The position numbers and the translations under genes were made by a program. The notes beneath the pieces are model-generated. The model worked only from the letters and a program-made list of their open reading frames with translations. It was not told the DNA's origin and made no database searches. This document shows positions 50,201-61,865 of a DNA stretch of 64,000 nt, piece by piece. How positions within the stretch are numbered: position 1 is the first letter of the stretch; each line of letters opens with the position of its first letter. The stretch lies in NCBI GenBank assembly GCA_010093815.1, contig ML996565.1, one strand, 5' to 3'. The DNA is from Pseudovirgaria hyperparasitica. Taxonomy: Eukaryota.

Positions 50201-52143
50201 ATGGTCGTGAGGTAGAAAGGTCACCGTCGAATTTCCCGTAATAGTTTTGAGCATGTGCTTGTGAGCATCTGCGTTTAAACCAAATGGCACCAAAAAGCAT
50301 CCCATGCGCCAGATCAATGTTCCCAGCTCTCAATGCATGATGGTATGCACATGTGTGGTCAAGGAAACACTTGAATACGCAAGAAGTCTCGCAAACATAC
50401 CCGTCGATTTGCACCAGTTGTTGACGCTGTATCCATATCGACGTCGAAATCACATGCTTATGGATTAAAGACTGAGTCTGGACTCTGGGCCGGGCTGCCC
50501 TAGCCTCCTTCGCTAATAACACTTCAGATGATTGTTATTACCGGAGAGTATCCTGTTCAATGATGCGACCGAGTTGGCCGTACGGCATATTCAGAGCGCG
50601 ATGACCTGATCATTGCAACAACAAAGGCACATAATAAGTCTTTGGGTGTGCTCCTTGAGACGACGAGTCCAGCGATGGGTAACTTGGTGGTGGTCGTGAT
50701 CGTGGGCTTCGCACTACCTCATGCTTGCAGTTTTAGAGGGAGGGGTGTGGGGGTCCGGTCGTCCTGTAAAGGTGGGGGCTTTAATGCAAGTCACCAGGAT
50801 CCTGCAGCACCTCACCACACACGATTCCGTGCTTGTTCACAGATCGAATGAGAAACTCTGCTCTCCGCGTTGAACCGGAAAAGCGCGCTTCTCTCACAAC
50901 GAGTATTTGCCATGTTGGTAGGGCTATGCATTGACGACCAGGGACATTCCAATAAGAGCGGCTGCATTCTGTGGCTTAGTGACTGTGCCACAAGCTGGCA
51001 CTTGAGGTGATTTGTCGCTGCCCTTAGTTAGCCCTTGTGCAACAGCTAGGCCAGGGCATATTGGATTGTCGGTTGATGTTATTTTTGCAGATGTTGAGTG
51101 ACATAAATGACCCTGCCCTTGGTCTGGAAAGTGGATGCGCGTCCAATGGTAGAGTAGATATATGCCCAGTGTCTAAGCAGATGTGTATGGATGGTGCAAA
51201 GTCATTCCGAAGCACGCGCCTTTACGAGATGTGACATCAAGGCCTCAGGGAGGTGACATGCTTGTATTTCCTGGGTGGAAACTCGTATGCTTCAGTACGT
51301 TTCGACGCTTGAGTTTCTTTCGTTGAAAAGCCCAATCCATGTTTGACGATGCTCGTGTGCTACAATCTTCGAGTAAGGCCTGGTGCTCGATATCCATTTG
51401 TTTGGCAATAGAAGTAGTAAGCTGGTCCATAGGAAACGCTTTTGTACCCATGGTGACATCTGTAGGTGAGTTCTGTCTCGCAGAAGTTGCGAATTGGCAT
51501 GTACTTATACGTCAGTGTTGCATGGTCCGTTCCACTAAGCACACCATAGCTTATCATTTCCCTATAACCGTATTTCTTGATTCGATCATATCGCACCAAT
51601 GATAGCTAAGCGTATTATGCGGTGAGTCTGACAAGCTTTCAAAGCAATGTCGCTCGTCGGAGCAGATCCGATGAGACACAGTCCGTGAATGGTATTGTAG
51701 AGCTTGGCACAACTTTGCCTATCTGTAGGCTTATCTCCTCTTATCACAGAAAGAATTGATGTACTATGGGTGACTGCTTAAAATTTCGACTGTTGTACGC
51801 CGTGAGATGAATCGGACGCATATTTATGCTGTGTCGGAAGTCATGCAATTTAAAAGTGCTCAGGCTAAGCTGGCATCCGACATGTCTTTCCAGCCTCAAG
51901 ATCCGAGTCCATCCTCTCGATGTTCAAGCCAATTTTTATCGGGTGGTCCTCGAGAATTTGATTTAGCACCGTTCATGATACGTCAATCTCCTGTGGTCGA
52001 GGCCCTGGCTCGTGTGGACAACCGTTCACACATCGAGCATCACAGAAGTATAGTATGTCTTGAGGTGGAGTGCATTATGCTGCGTAACCCACTTCATCAA
52101 CTTCGTCAGACGGTGACATCATATTGCTCTTATTACTTCCTTT

Positions 52144-52509
52144 TCATGTTTCCTGTTCGTGTTGCTCGCCGTTGCTCGAATCTGCAGCGCCTCCTCGAAC
52201 TGTCTCTTCACCCAAGACCTTGCTGGCGGCCATGAACCTGAGAAGCCGTTGTGTTAGCCCGATGTTGGTAGTTATGGATAGTTCTGTATCAAGTTGAAAC
52301 ACTTACATGCCGCCAGTATAGCCTCCCAAACCCCGCATCGATTCGGCCTGTCCTGCTGTGATACTAAGAAGATTCTCCAGATCAGACAGATTCGCAGTCA
52401 GTTGAGCTAGTTGAGAGTGAAGATGCGAGATTTGGCGTGGCTTCTGCGATGAGGGTACCGTGCTGAGACGCGACGAGGTGCTTGTCTGCGGTCTAGTAGC
52501 TTGTGACAT
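52144..52509 (-). CDS. HSK3: DASH/Dam1 complex subunit Hsk3-like
   Basis: RQISHLHSQLAQLTANLSDLENLLSITAGQAESMRGLGGYTGGM|FMAASKVLG. Intron 52238-52306. Confidence 0.85.
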
Positions 52510-52830
52510 TGCATACGATCTTAGTAAACTTGGGTCAAATTTTGACAAATTGAGAAATTGCCTAAGCGTTAACGTGCTTGAGTAAGATGTTTTAAATGAC
52601 AACCTTAGGAGCACAGCTACGTCGATCAAATCATGAAGGGTTGTTACTAGGTAACATTGGAAGGTTCGAAGAGGGATTGCCAGTCTTGACTTCGAACTTT
52701 AGCGCGTATTATATAATCAGGACTGACGACAGGACATTCAAGATATCTACCCTCCTCTCCTCTGAAGCACACTTGGAGCCAAACGTCAATCTGCACGGCC
52801 TTGAACGGTTTTTGAGACCGACGCGCCATC

Positions 52831-53169
52831 ATGTCACAGCAAAAGATTAGACGATTTGTATTGACTGGTGCTGTTACTGCCATAACAGTGACAGGAGCGC
52901 TCTACGGAGCAGGCCTAAAGTCGGAACAGCAAGCCCAACAGGTATGACTCATCCAACATACCAACCTCACTGTCTCGTCTTGCAAGCTTCTACACTTGAG
53001 ATCTTTCGTTTGCTAACAAGATGGTAATTGTTTTCAGGCGCGTCCAAGGCCGCGTGAGTCTTCACCCGAGGAAAAGATCCAGCAGCTTGAGGAAGCTCGG
53101 AGCAAGCTGGTCGCACAAAGAATTGAGCTACAGAGGAAAATAGATGCTTTCAAGATGCGCAATGAGTGA
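52831..53169 (+). CDS. Small (80 aa) uncharacterised protein: N-terminal hydrophobic helix plus coiled coil
   Basis: MSQQKIRRFVLTGAVTAITVTGALYGAGLKSEQQAQQ|ARPRPRESSPEEKIQQLEEARSKLVAQRIELQRKIDAFKMRNE*. Canonical phase-0 intron 52942-53037 (GTATGA...GCTAAC...CAG). Confidence 0.8.
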
Positions 53170-53760
53170 TCCTGGCACATCCAAGCATGAACATGCTTCA
53201 AATAGACGAGATCGCATAGTCTAGAGCACCCTACATACCCAAAACCATTCCACGCGGACGAAATATTGTGTCTTCGGTCGGTCAGGCTGAAAGCAGAATC
53301 TGATCTGCGCGCAGCTTTCAATGTCGAATGAATGAAACGAGAGTTCCTGGATTCAAACGCCAATGGAATGGGACCGGATCCATACAGCACCGCATAAAAG
53401 GGTACCCAGTTCTGAAGCTTCGTACCCGCGGAGGTCTTCGGGGTCTATATTAGAAGAGGTTCGCGATAGCAACGAGAAATGGCAATTCTCGAGGACGGGT
53501 GCTCTAGAATTTGTCAACCGTCATTGGGCAAATAACGCACGAAGTTTGTAGCATAGACTATAAGCTCCATTTTTCCATGTAAAGCCAAGGTCGTTTGTCC
53601 ATTTTGTCTGTTTTCGCTTCTTTGAACTGTCCTAGGTTTTCTTAGGCATTACAGACTCTGCGCGAAGCAACCGACTTCACCGTATAGTGCTTCCAGTGAA
53701 TTTTATAGTCAGCAGTGTTGTATGCCATGATAACCCATGCCGTTATTCTTCCCATTCGCC

Positions 53761-54414
53761 TCAATCTTCATCGTGGATGATGATGCCAACTGGCTGTGCA
53801 CCTTCCGCTAAATCGCCAGGAGTATCATCGGTCGCGTCGCTATGGTTTTTTGACGGTATCATTCCAGGTGTCGCAAGCTTCGTGTCCGACTTCAGTTGAA
53901 TGCCGCTATGCTTGCTCGTCTCGCCATCCTCTTGAGGAATAGCACTTCCATTTCGAGATTCACCATTGCCCTTCTTATTCTTCTGCTGCTGCTTCCTCGC
54001 CTTTTCTTTCTCTCTCCTCTTTCTGTTCTTGTCGGTCTTGGCAGCGTCCTGCTTCGCCCTCTCCTCTCGTGTTCGTTGGAAGTCCAAGTCCTCTTGGGTC
54101 TTTCTTACCTCCTCTTCCATAGTCCTAATCCGCTCATATTCGCGCCGCCTGCTTGCTTTGTAGACGTGGAACTCTCCCGACCCGGCGCCCGCAGACGAAC
54201 CTTGTACGTTTGCGACAATCTCCGGAGGAGGTGGAAGGCTATGTTTGTTGCTCACGGTTCCATCTGGTATGCGTATATCGCGGTCTGGTTTGGCGAATAG
54301 TGCTTCGACCTGAGATGCTTGTTTACTGGCAGGACTTAAGGCGCGTCTTTTAGTCGGGCGCTTGCTTCGGGGGTCTGCAGAGGTGGGAATGGACTCTCGA
54401 ATGGGTTCAGACAT
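53761..54414 (-). CDS. PRKR-interacting protein 1 (DUF1168) homologue, splicing-associated
   Basis: PPPPEIVANVQGSSAGAGSGEFHVYKASRRREYER signature followed by a basic coiled coil (KT.KNR.RREK). Confidence 0.92.
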   Translation of the reverse strand: MSEPIRESIPTSADPRSKRPTKRRALSPASKQASQVEALFAKPDRDIRIPDGTVSNKHSLPPPPEIVANVQGSSAGAGSGEFHVYKASRRREYERIRTMEEEVRKTQEDLDFQRTREERAKQDAAKTDKNRKRREKEKARKQQQKNKKGNGESRNGSAIPQEDGETSKHSGIQLKSDTKLATPGMIPSKNHSDATDDTPGDLAEGAQPVGIIIHDED

Positions 54415-54749
54415 GGTATGGATACGTCAAGGCGAGCGAAAGGTATCGAACAATAGCTTGGCCTAGCGTCGCAGACGTGCAACGAAGTCTGTATGTGTGT
54501 GGGGAAGGGAGAGGAATGAGGAGAGAGACAATCATGTCGCGCGAGAGATGAGCGCCACTGCTGTGGCTGTGCATAGGCAGGGCTACGACCAAATCACTCT
54601 AAAACGTCTGTCGCAACAGAAGGCAGGAACACCTCAGCAGCTTTGAAATACAATTTAGCGGCGAATGAATACCTCTCCCTATTGTGAATTCAACTTTGCT
54701 ATCTGCCGCCCTCACTACTCTTTTCATTTGTCCCAAAGACTTCGTCATA

Positions 54750-56544
54750 ATGGGCAAGCCACGGGTAAGTGATAGCTTACCACACCTCAGCCTTACGAGG
54801 GTTACTAATGAAATACGCAGATGATAATCCTGATACGACACGCTCAGTCCGAGGGAAATAAGAACCGCGATATCCACCAGTTTATACCAGACCACAGAGT
54901 TAAGCTTACACAAGACGGACAACAACAGGTTTGTACCCCTCCTCACCAGATGCTACAGCCCCGCATGGAGTGTAGTGGACGATTACACTTTAATGCTTAA
55001 CACCAAAGCTGTAATTAGGCAGAGGAAGCTGGGGGTAGATTAAGATCCCTCCTGAGACCGGACGATACACTTCATTTCTACACTTCACCCTACCGCCGCA
55101 CTCGCGAAACCACTGAAGGTATTCTGAAGTCACTTACTTCGGACGAACCCAAGCCAAGCCCCTTCCCGCGCCACAAGATCAGAGTGTATGAAGAGCCAAG
55201 GTTAAGGGAGCAAGACTTTGGAAACTTCCAGCCATGTTCAGCGGAAATGGAGAGAATGTGGCAGGAAAGGGCGGATTACGGTACTTATGGCCAGAGCTAT
55301 CAACAGCCCCTGTAGCTAACGCTATAAATAGGACACTTCTTCTACAGGATACCAAACGGTGAGAGCGCTGCAGATGCATATGACAGGATAAGCGGCTTCA
55401 ACGAGAGTCTATGGAGGCAATTTGGAGAGGACGATTTTCCTAGTGTTTGTGTCCTAGTCACCCATGGCATGATGACGAGGGTATTTCTCATGAAATGGTA
55501 CGTTTATGCCCCTCTTGCCTATAAAAAATATGACTGAAGGTGTATTACAGGTACCACTGGAGCGTTGAGTACTTTGAAGATTTACGAAATGTCAATCACT
55601 GCGAATTTGTCGTCATGAAGCAGAATGCCAACAACGGCAAATTCATTCTAGAGAACGAGATGCGAACTTGGTCTGATCTGAAGAAACGCGCCGCAGCAGC
55701 CAGTAGTAGCACGTCGCCTTCAAAGGGACCACCACTTCCATTCGGTGAATCTGCAAGTGTGCCAATCCGCCAGTGGGGAGGCTGTGTGAATGGTTGCAAC
55801 CACGCGCAAATAAACTACCCACGGAAGAATCAACCGCGTCGCCAGAATACTGCCGATTTGACTCAGGCTGTAGTTTCAGCCTCGAGAAGCCCCGAGAAAG
55901 ACAAGGAAGCAAGCATTGCAGAGGAGCCTAGCACCAAATTGCCCATTAAAGCAGCCTCCTTAGTACCTATCAACAAGCCCTCTGTACAGCATGACACCAT
56001 GAATGAAAACTCTACCACAGATGCCGAGACTCCTTCACAGACTGAAACAGATGCAGATGCCTCAGGCTCTTCATCTGATGTCGACGAACGTGCTTCTCCT
56101 TCCCCGACACAAAGCAGTCAATCTCAAGGCCCACGCCAAGGCCAGTCGCATGCCCTTCTGAATCCAGCACGATACTCTAGCGGCATCAAATCCGCAAGCT
56201 CAAATGAAGGTTTCTTCTCCGAAGACTCCGACTACTTTCCCAAGCGGCAGAATACTCAGCGCTCAATTGCCACAGTCTTCCCGAACGAGAAGCAGAATGG
56301 TCGACAGCGTCCCCCGAGTCGGAGTTCGAGCGCTAAACGACGAACAAGCGTGCGTGAGAAGAAAGAGAAAGCCAAGACCGAGGCTGGCTGGAAGGTTGAG
56401 AGCGGCATGGGCAAGGGGGCAAGGGCGGATGAGCTGGGCGATGGAGATGCAGAGACTGAGACGGCCGATACAGGGCAAGAAACGACCGATGCGCTTGAGG
56501 AGGCGAAGATTCAGGATAGGAAGAGCTTTTCTGAAGTCTATTAG
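54750..56544 (+). CDS. Histidine phosphatase / phosphoglycerate mutase family, Det1-like, with long disordered C-terminus
   Basis: Spliced MGKPR|MIILIRHAQSEGN, TSPYRRTRET, EEPRLREQDFGNFQ, GHFFYRIPNGESAADAYDR and LVTHG. Four introns; the catalytic exons are absent from the ORF track. Confidence 0.92.
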
Positions 56545-56867
56545 ATCGGCATGGTTTCGGAATCCAACGTTGATGAGCCCTCAAAGGGTCCAATTCACGA
56601 ATGATGGCATATCACGGCGTTGTTCAATGACAGAGCTGCATAGCGCTAGGGACGGTATTTTGGGAATACAGTTGTCGTTGTTACTTCATATCGCAAGATC
56701 TTCCAGGAATAATTGCCTAGAGTAAGATATTTTCTTTGATATCTTGGTATATTTGACGTTGGACAGACAAATTTCTGCTTTGCAGAATAGGTGCCTAGGC
56801 TATGTATTGTCGAGCGTCGCAGAAGATACCACATTTTCAACATCTACTCTGAAGTGACTAGCACCCC

Positions 56868-58696
56868 TTAATCATCACCGCCCTGCCCGATAGGCCCAGA
56901 TGCCTGCTTCGCCGCTTTCGCAGCAACGATATCATCGACTCTTAGCAACAAGCACGCGCTCTCCACTGCAGTCTTGATGCTCTGCTCCTTCACAGCCTTA
57001 GGCTCCCAAACGCCATACTCTTTCATGTCGACCACCTTACCAGCATCGCCGTCAATGCCCCACGTACTGCCATTGCCCTCGGCGTGCTTTGCACGCAGTT
57101 GTGTCAGCACCCGAATCGGCGAGTTACCAGAGTTCTGAATCAGGGTCCTGGGAATAACCTCCATGGCCTCGGCGACGGCACGGTAGGGCCACTGTGCAAC
57201 ACCTTCTACGCTCTTTGCGCGCCGCTCCAGACCGACTGCGACGGCCATCTCGGTCGCGCCACCGCCGGGGCATAGGGACGGGTTCCAGATCACGTTGCGG
57301 GCGACGCCCATGGCGTCTTGCAGGTTGCGCTCGACTTCGTTCAGGATGTCCTTGGACGGACCGCGGAGGAGGATTGTGCAGGCCTTTGGGTCCTTGCATT
57401 TGGTGAGGAATGTGAAGTATTCGTCGCCGATCTTCTCGATCTCGAAGAGGCCGCAGTGGGTCCCGACGTCCGAGGGTTGTATGGAGTGGACGTTGTTGAC
57501 GATGGTGGCGCCGCAGGCACGAGCAATGCGGTTATTGTCGGTTTTGCGAACGCGGCGGAGGGCGGTGACGTTGTTCTTGACGAGGAAATGCTGGGCAAGG
57601 TCTGCATTGTGTTAGTTGGTGATGGAGGTCTATCAGGGGTAAGAGACTTACCGCTCACGCCCTTCTCTGTGATAACGAGGTCGGGCTTGACGGCTAGGAT
57701 TGAGTCGCACATGGCTTTGACCTGCTCCTCCTCAATCTGAAGTATTCTGTTCCAGTCTTCTTCTTTGCTTATTTCGACGTTGGTCTGCGATTCTCCCTTC
57801 TTGTACTCAAGCGTGCAATCGAGGAGAACAATGCGAGGATTCTCTATCCTCCTTCGCATCTTCGGATGCGTGATATCCTTGTTGACCATCACTCCGTCCA
57901 GAACCTTGCTGTCTTCAATTTCACCTCCGGGTATCTTTTCCACACGGGCGTATCGCTTGATGTCTACCTCTTGCTTGCCACCACCGATGTCGAACTGAAC
58001 TGTGCGAACAGCCTTCAATGCCAGGCTACACATGAGCTCAGACCACCTTGAAACGAATTTCGTACCGATAGATGCGTTTATGAGAGTATACATGGCCTTG
58101 TCATCACTGACATCCACTGGTCGGGCGACTTCATTAATAAGCTCGAGAGCATCGCTCAAAGCTCGCTTAAAGGCTGAGATGATCACGACCGGGTGGATAT
58201 TACGCTCAAGCTGGGGTAGGGCTTGTGCGAGGATTTCTCCAGCTGCAAGGTAGATCAGCATTCAATGCAAAAGCGAATGCCTCAGACATATCCTATACCT
58301 AATATGATCACGGTCGTTGTGCCGTCTCCAACTTCTTCATCTTGTGTCCGGCTGAGTTCGATCATGCTTTTAGCTGCAGGATGCCCGACTTCAATTTCTC
58401 TTAAAATGGCATGACCGTCATTTGTGAGTACGATGCCGCCCATTGGATCTAGCAACATCTTCAACATGGCCTTGGGGCCAAGACATGATCGAATTATGTC
58501 CGCAACACTATAGTCCATGAGCTAAAGTTAAGCCTACAAAGCTGACCTAGCTTACGTTTTGGCTGCGGTGATATTCGAGAGCTGTGCTTTACGTCCAAAC
58601 TGGCGTTCACCAGTTTGGGTGTCTGAAATCTGGTTAGCTTGGTCAAGTGAGAACAGCTGGAAGTGATATACTCATAACCACCACCGGAGCCTGCAT
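56868..58696 (-). CDS. CCT3: Chaperonin CCT/TRiC subunit gamma
   Basis: MQAPVVVM start; CLGPKAMLKMLLDPMGGIVLTNDGHAILREI, QDEEVGDGTTTVI, VDIKRYARVEKIPGG, PGGGATEMA and LLLRVDDIV. Four introns. Confidence 0.97.
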
Positions 58697-59458
58697 GATG
58701 TTCGAATAGGCGCAGCCGAAGTCAGAGATTCAAGGTGCAGAGGTTGTGGTTCTATGATAAACTGGGCTATTCATTATTACTAGGCACGCGTCGCAAACGC
58801 ATATTTTCGAGCTCGGAGGTGAAGCTCCGAAGTCAAGCCGGCCGGAGGTGGGGTGGGATTCAGTGATGTGGCGCAGCAATGAAAACTGTGGGGGTGGCGC
58901 TTCTTTTCAGGGGTAGAAATAGGAACCTCATCTCGAGTATGTCGTTGCTTTCCATTCAGCCTCGTATGAACCAGGATACCGATTCAGTCAGTAATGGAGA
59001 AAATAGTCGCAGCGGTTTCATGAAAAGCCAGAGAGCTAGATACACTATCGTGGCAGTGGAAAACCATGGTCGATATCTAAAACTATTCACTTCTGCATCC
59101 CCCCCAAAACACTTCAACTCCGTGCAGAGCAACTGAGTGTTGACATGAGCCATGACAAAACTTGTAGTGGTCATGGTACAGTAGACACCTGGAATCTGAA
59201 GTTGCTAGTTCGAAGCTATCATTGACCTCAGTCGAGCGATTGAAACAGGGTTCAAAACAATCAATTGGTGTGACGGAAACGACAGAAGTGGTACAGCTAC
59301 ATACTACACTTTGTAATCTTTGTTCACTATTTCATGACTTTGTTTGTCCCTGTCGCTTGTAGCTTCGTGGTCGCAGCGCTTATCAATCACTAAGACCGCA
59401 TCACTTCCCAAGTCTCAACTTCATTTGTCCTCCAGCAACTCCACTCATAACAGTGATC

Positions 59459-60419
59459 ATGGCTCCGAGGAAGTCAAAGAATGGCTCAAAAGTCAAGAAA
59501 AAGAAATCTACAAACAAGGTATCTAAGATCAAGGCTAAGAAACCACTGAAGAACACTGTTCGCAAGACACTGCGAAGCACCCTGAAGCAAGATCTAGCTG
59601 AGGCCGAAGTATCCCCTAGATCGTATGTACTACTTACTGAGCTTTCTATGTGTCTCTAAGCTGATCTTTGTAAGCGCGACTAGTTTCCTTGATCTTCCAG
59701 GAGAAATTCGCAATGAGATCTATGGGCTTGCGCTTACAGATCTGAACGGCGAAATCAGCATTGTATCGGGATTGTCCAACCATAGTTCAGCTGCTGTCGA
59801 TTACTACGGTGCAGTACAACTTCTTCGTATCAACAAGCAGATACTTCGAGAGGCTAGGCCGTTCCTTTATGGCAAGCACCGCATGCAGTTATATACATAT
59901 CAGCCACGCTCCTTCTTCAAAGCCATCGGGACTATCAATGCCAATCACATTCGTCATATTGAGGTCTTCCACTACCCCAAACAGCGGGCTTATGGCCACT
60001 CCTTGGAGTCTTCTCCTCTACTACCTTTCTACAGCCGCGTTTGCAGGAACCTCGAGACAATTCGCTTGGCTTCCTGGTATTTCTGGTGGATTATTCGTCG
60101 TGACCCTGTCAACGGGTTTCGTATGATCCATAAGTGCTGTGCACAGGTACTAGGTCAGCACAATTCCCTCAAAGAAATTCACATCAGGGCGCCTGAAGAT
60201 TGGAGCTCAGTGCCAGCGATGGTATACTTGAGGGGGGTAGAATTTGGAAACAAGGTCATGATTGAGCTCGAGGAAGAGATGGTGAAGCTTGGATGGAGTC
60301 GCCACGTCCTTGATATCGAGGGCAGTCAGGGATATGGGCAGCACTATGAATGGCGACTTCGAGGCGAAGCATGGGTTTCTATCAGACATACCCGTTCTTA
60401 TGCCGATGGCTCAATTTAA
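59459..60419 (+). CDS. Hypothetical protein with Lys-rich N-terminus and F-box-like motif
   Basis: MAPRKSKNGSKVKKKK... exon spliced (intron 59623-59674) to SFLDLPGEIRNEIYGLAL...LLRINKQILREARPFLYG...IG..NA.HIRHI. Confidence 0.75.
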
Positions 60420-61865
60420 GGCAACCAAAATATGATAGTGGGATACGGATGGACGGAGACAGTGTAGTATCTGGTTACACTCACTAGAAATTTCCCCTCT
60501 TTCTTTACCTACACCTTGTGTGAATTGAACTATTCACCAAGAACTGGGATCTCAAAGACTGCCTTTCCCAACAGTTTCATCGTGAGATTATGATACCTTA
60601 TTTTCAATAACATGTCACTATTACCATGACATTTTTCAATGTCACAACACGTCAGGGGTATGTTCTGGATGCTTGGGACCTAATCATCATATGGCTATTG
60701 TATTTTTCCAACGTGGGAATCTTCCAGTAAACGAATAAGAATTTAACACCTCACGAGATTTATTCCGTCCGTAGCTCAACTAACTTATATTTTTCTTTAA
60801 TATCGCCGCCCGCGTAACCGAGAAGCGAAAGAACCATCAAATATCAGACTGCTAAGCACCCTACCAGCACTAAGGACAGGGAGTTGTGAGGCTGATTGAT
60901 AACAGCTCCAGACCATTCTCCAGGTTTAGCTATGTTAGTTCAGAAGGTTGACCTTGAAGGCTTAAAAGTAGGACCAAAATGGTAGACACCAAAAAAACAC
61001 CCCGATGGCGCGCACAGCAACTATCTACTAAGCCTACGATCCCACAACTCCATATTGACTTCCTGCTCAAACACTCTACCTTTCTCTTACAAGGACACAT
61101 CTCCACCTCTTCTTTGAAAGCCCCTCATATCTCAATTCCGTATCTAATCACAAAAGACACCATCCCCTCAAACGAAGACACAACTCCTCAAACATCACAG
61201 AAATCCAGGACCTTGACAGGAAGAAGGACATGAACAATCACATCTCTAGAAGCCAAACTGAGTTCAACATCCTTTCCGATAAACAAGGGAATACACAATG
61301 TGGGATACATGCGCATGAACATGCCGATTGACCTAATATAGGTTATACCTGTACGACTTTAGAGGGCATAGATAGCAAAGGCTACCAATACACTGACCAG
61401 GGCAGCGCTGGTGCTCGCTCTTCAACGGTGCATGAGCGGTATCCATGAGCTCACTGCTTCCCTACTCTACTGAACTCCACTTTTCTACTAGGGCCTATAG
61501 AACCTCAAGCACCGCGTCTCGCCCTCTAATTCCGAGCAACACAACAGCATTACATAGCAGGAGGAGGATAGGAACACAGTCGTCAATTTATCGATCCATT
61601 GATACTAGATATACATAGAAAGACAATAGAAAGGAGCATCTCCAAGATCATGCTCTTATCCCTAGGAAATTCGCAGCTTCGTTCAAATTGATTTCGTCAG
61701 AGCATACATGAATACATACAGGCGAACATACAAGACATATACAGAAGATAGCAAAGCCAAAACGCATGTGTTATGCCGCAACACAACAGAATGCATCAAG
61801 CATGAAAAGGGAAAAGTTATACTAAAACATCCAAGAACCTTTCGTCTTCCATCAAAACTCCCCAA

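Noticed and set aside
49000..51700. Short ORFs upstream of areA (e.g. 50196-50522, 51360-51599) as genes
   Set aside because: Near-cognate starts, no recognisable motifs and no coherent splice model.
40300..52100. Telomerase RNA, tRNA or 5S genes in the long intergenic regions
   Set aside because: No TAACCCTAA-type template, tRNA cloverleaf with A/B boxes, or 5S signature found by eye; an Infernal/tRNAscan run would be decisive.
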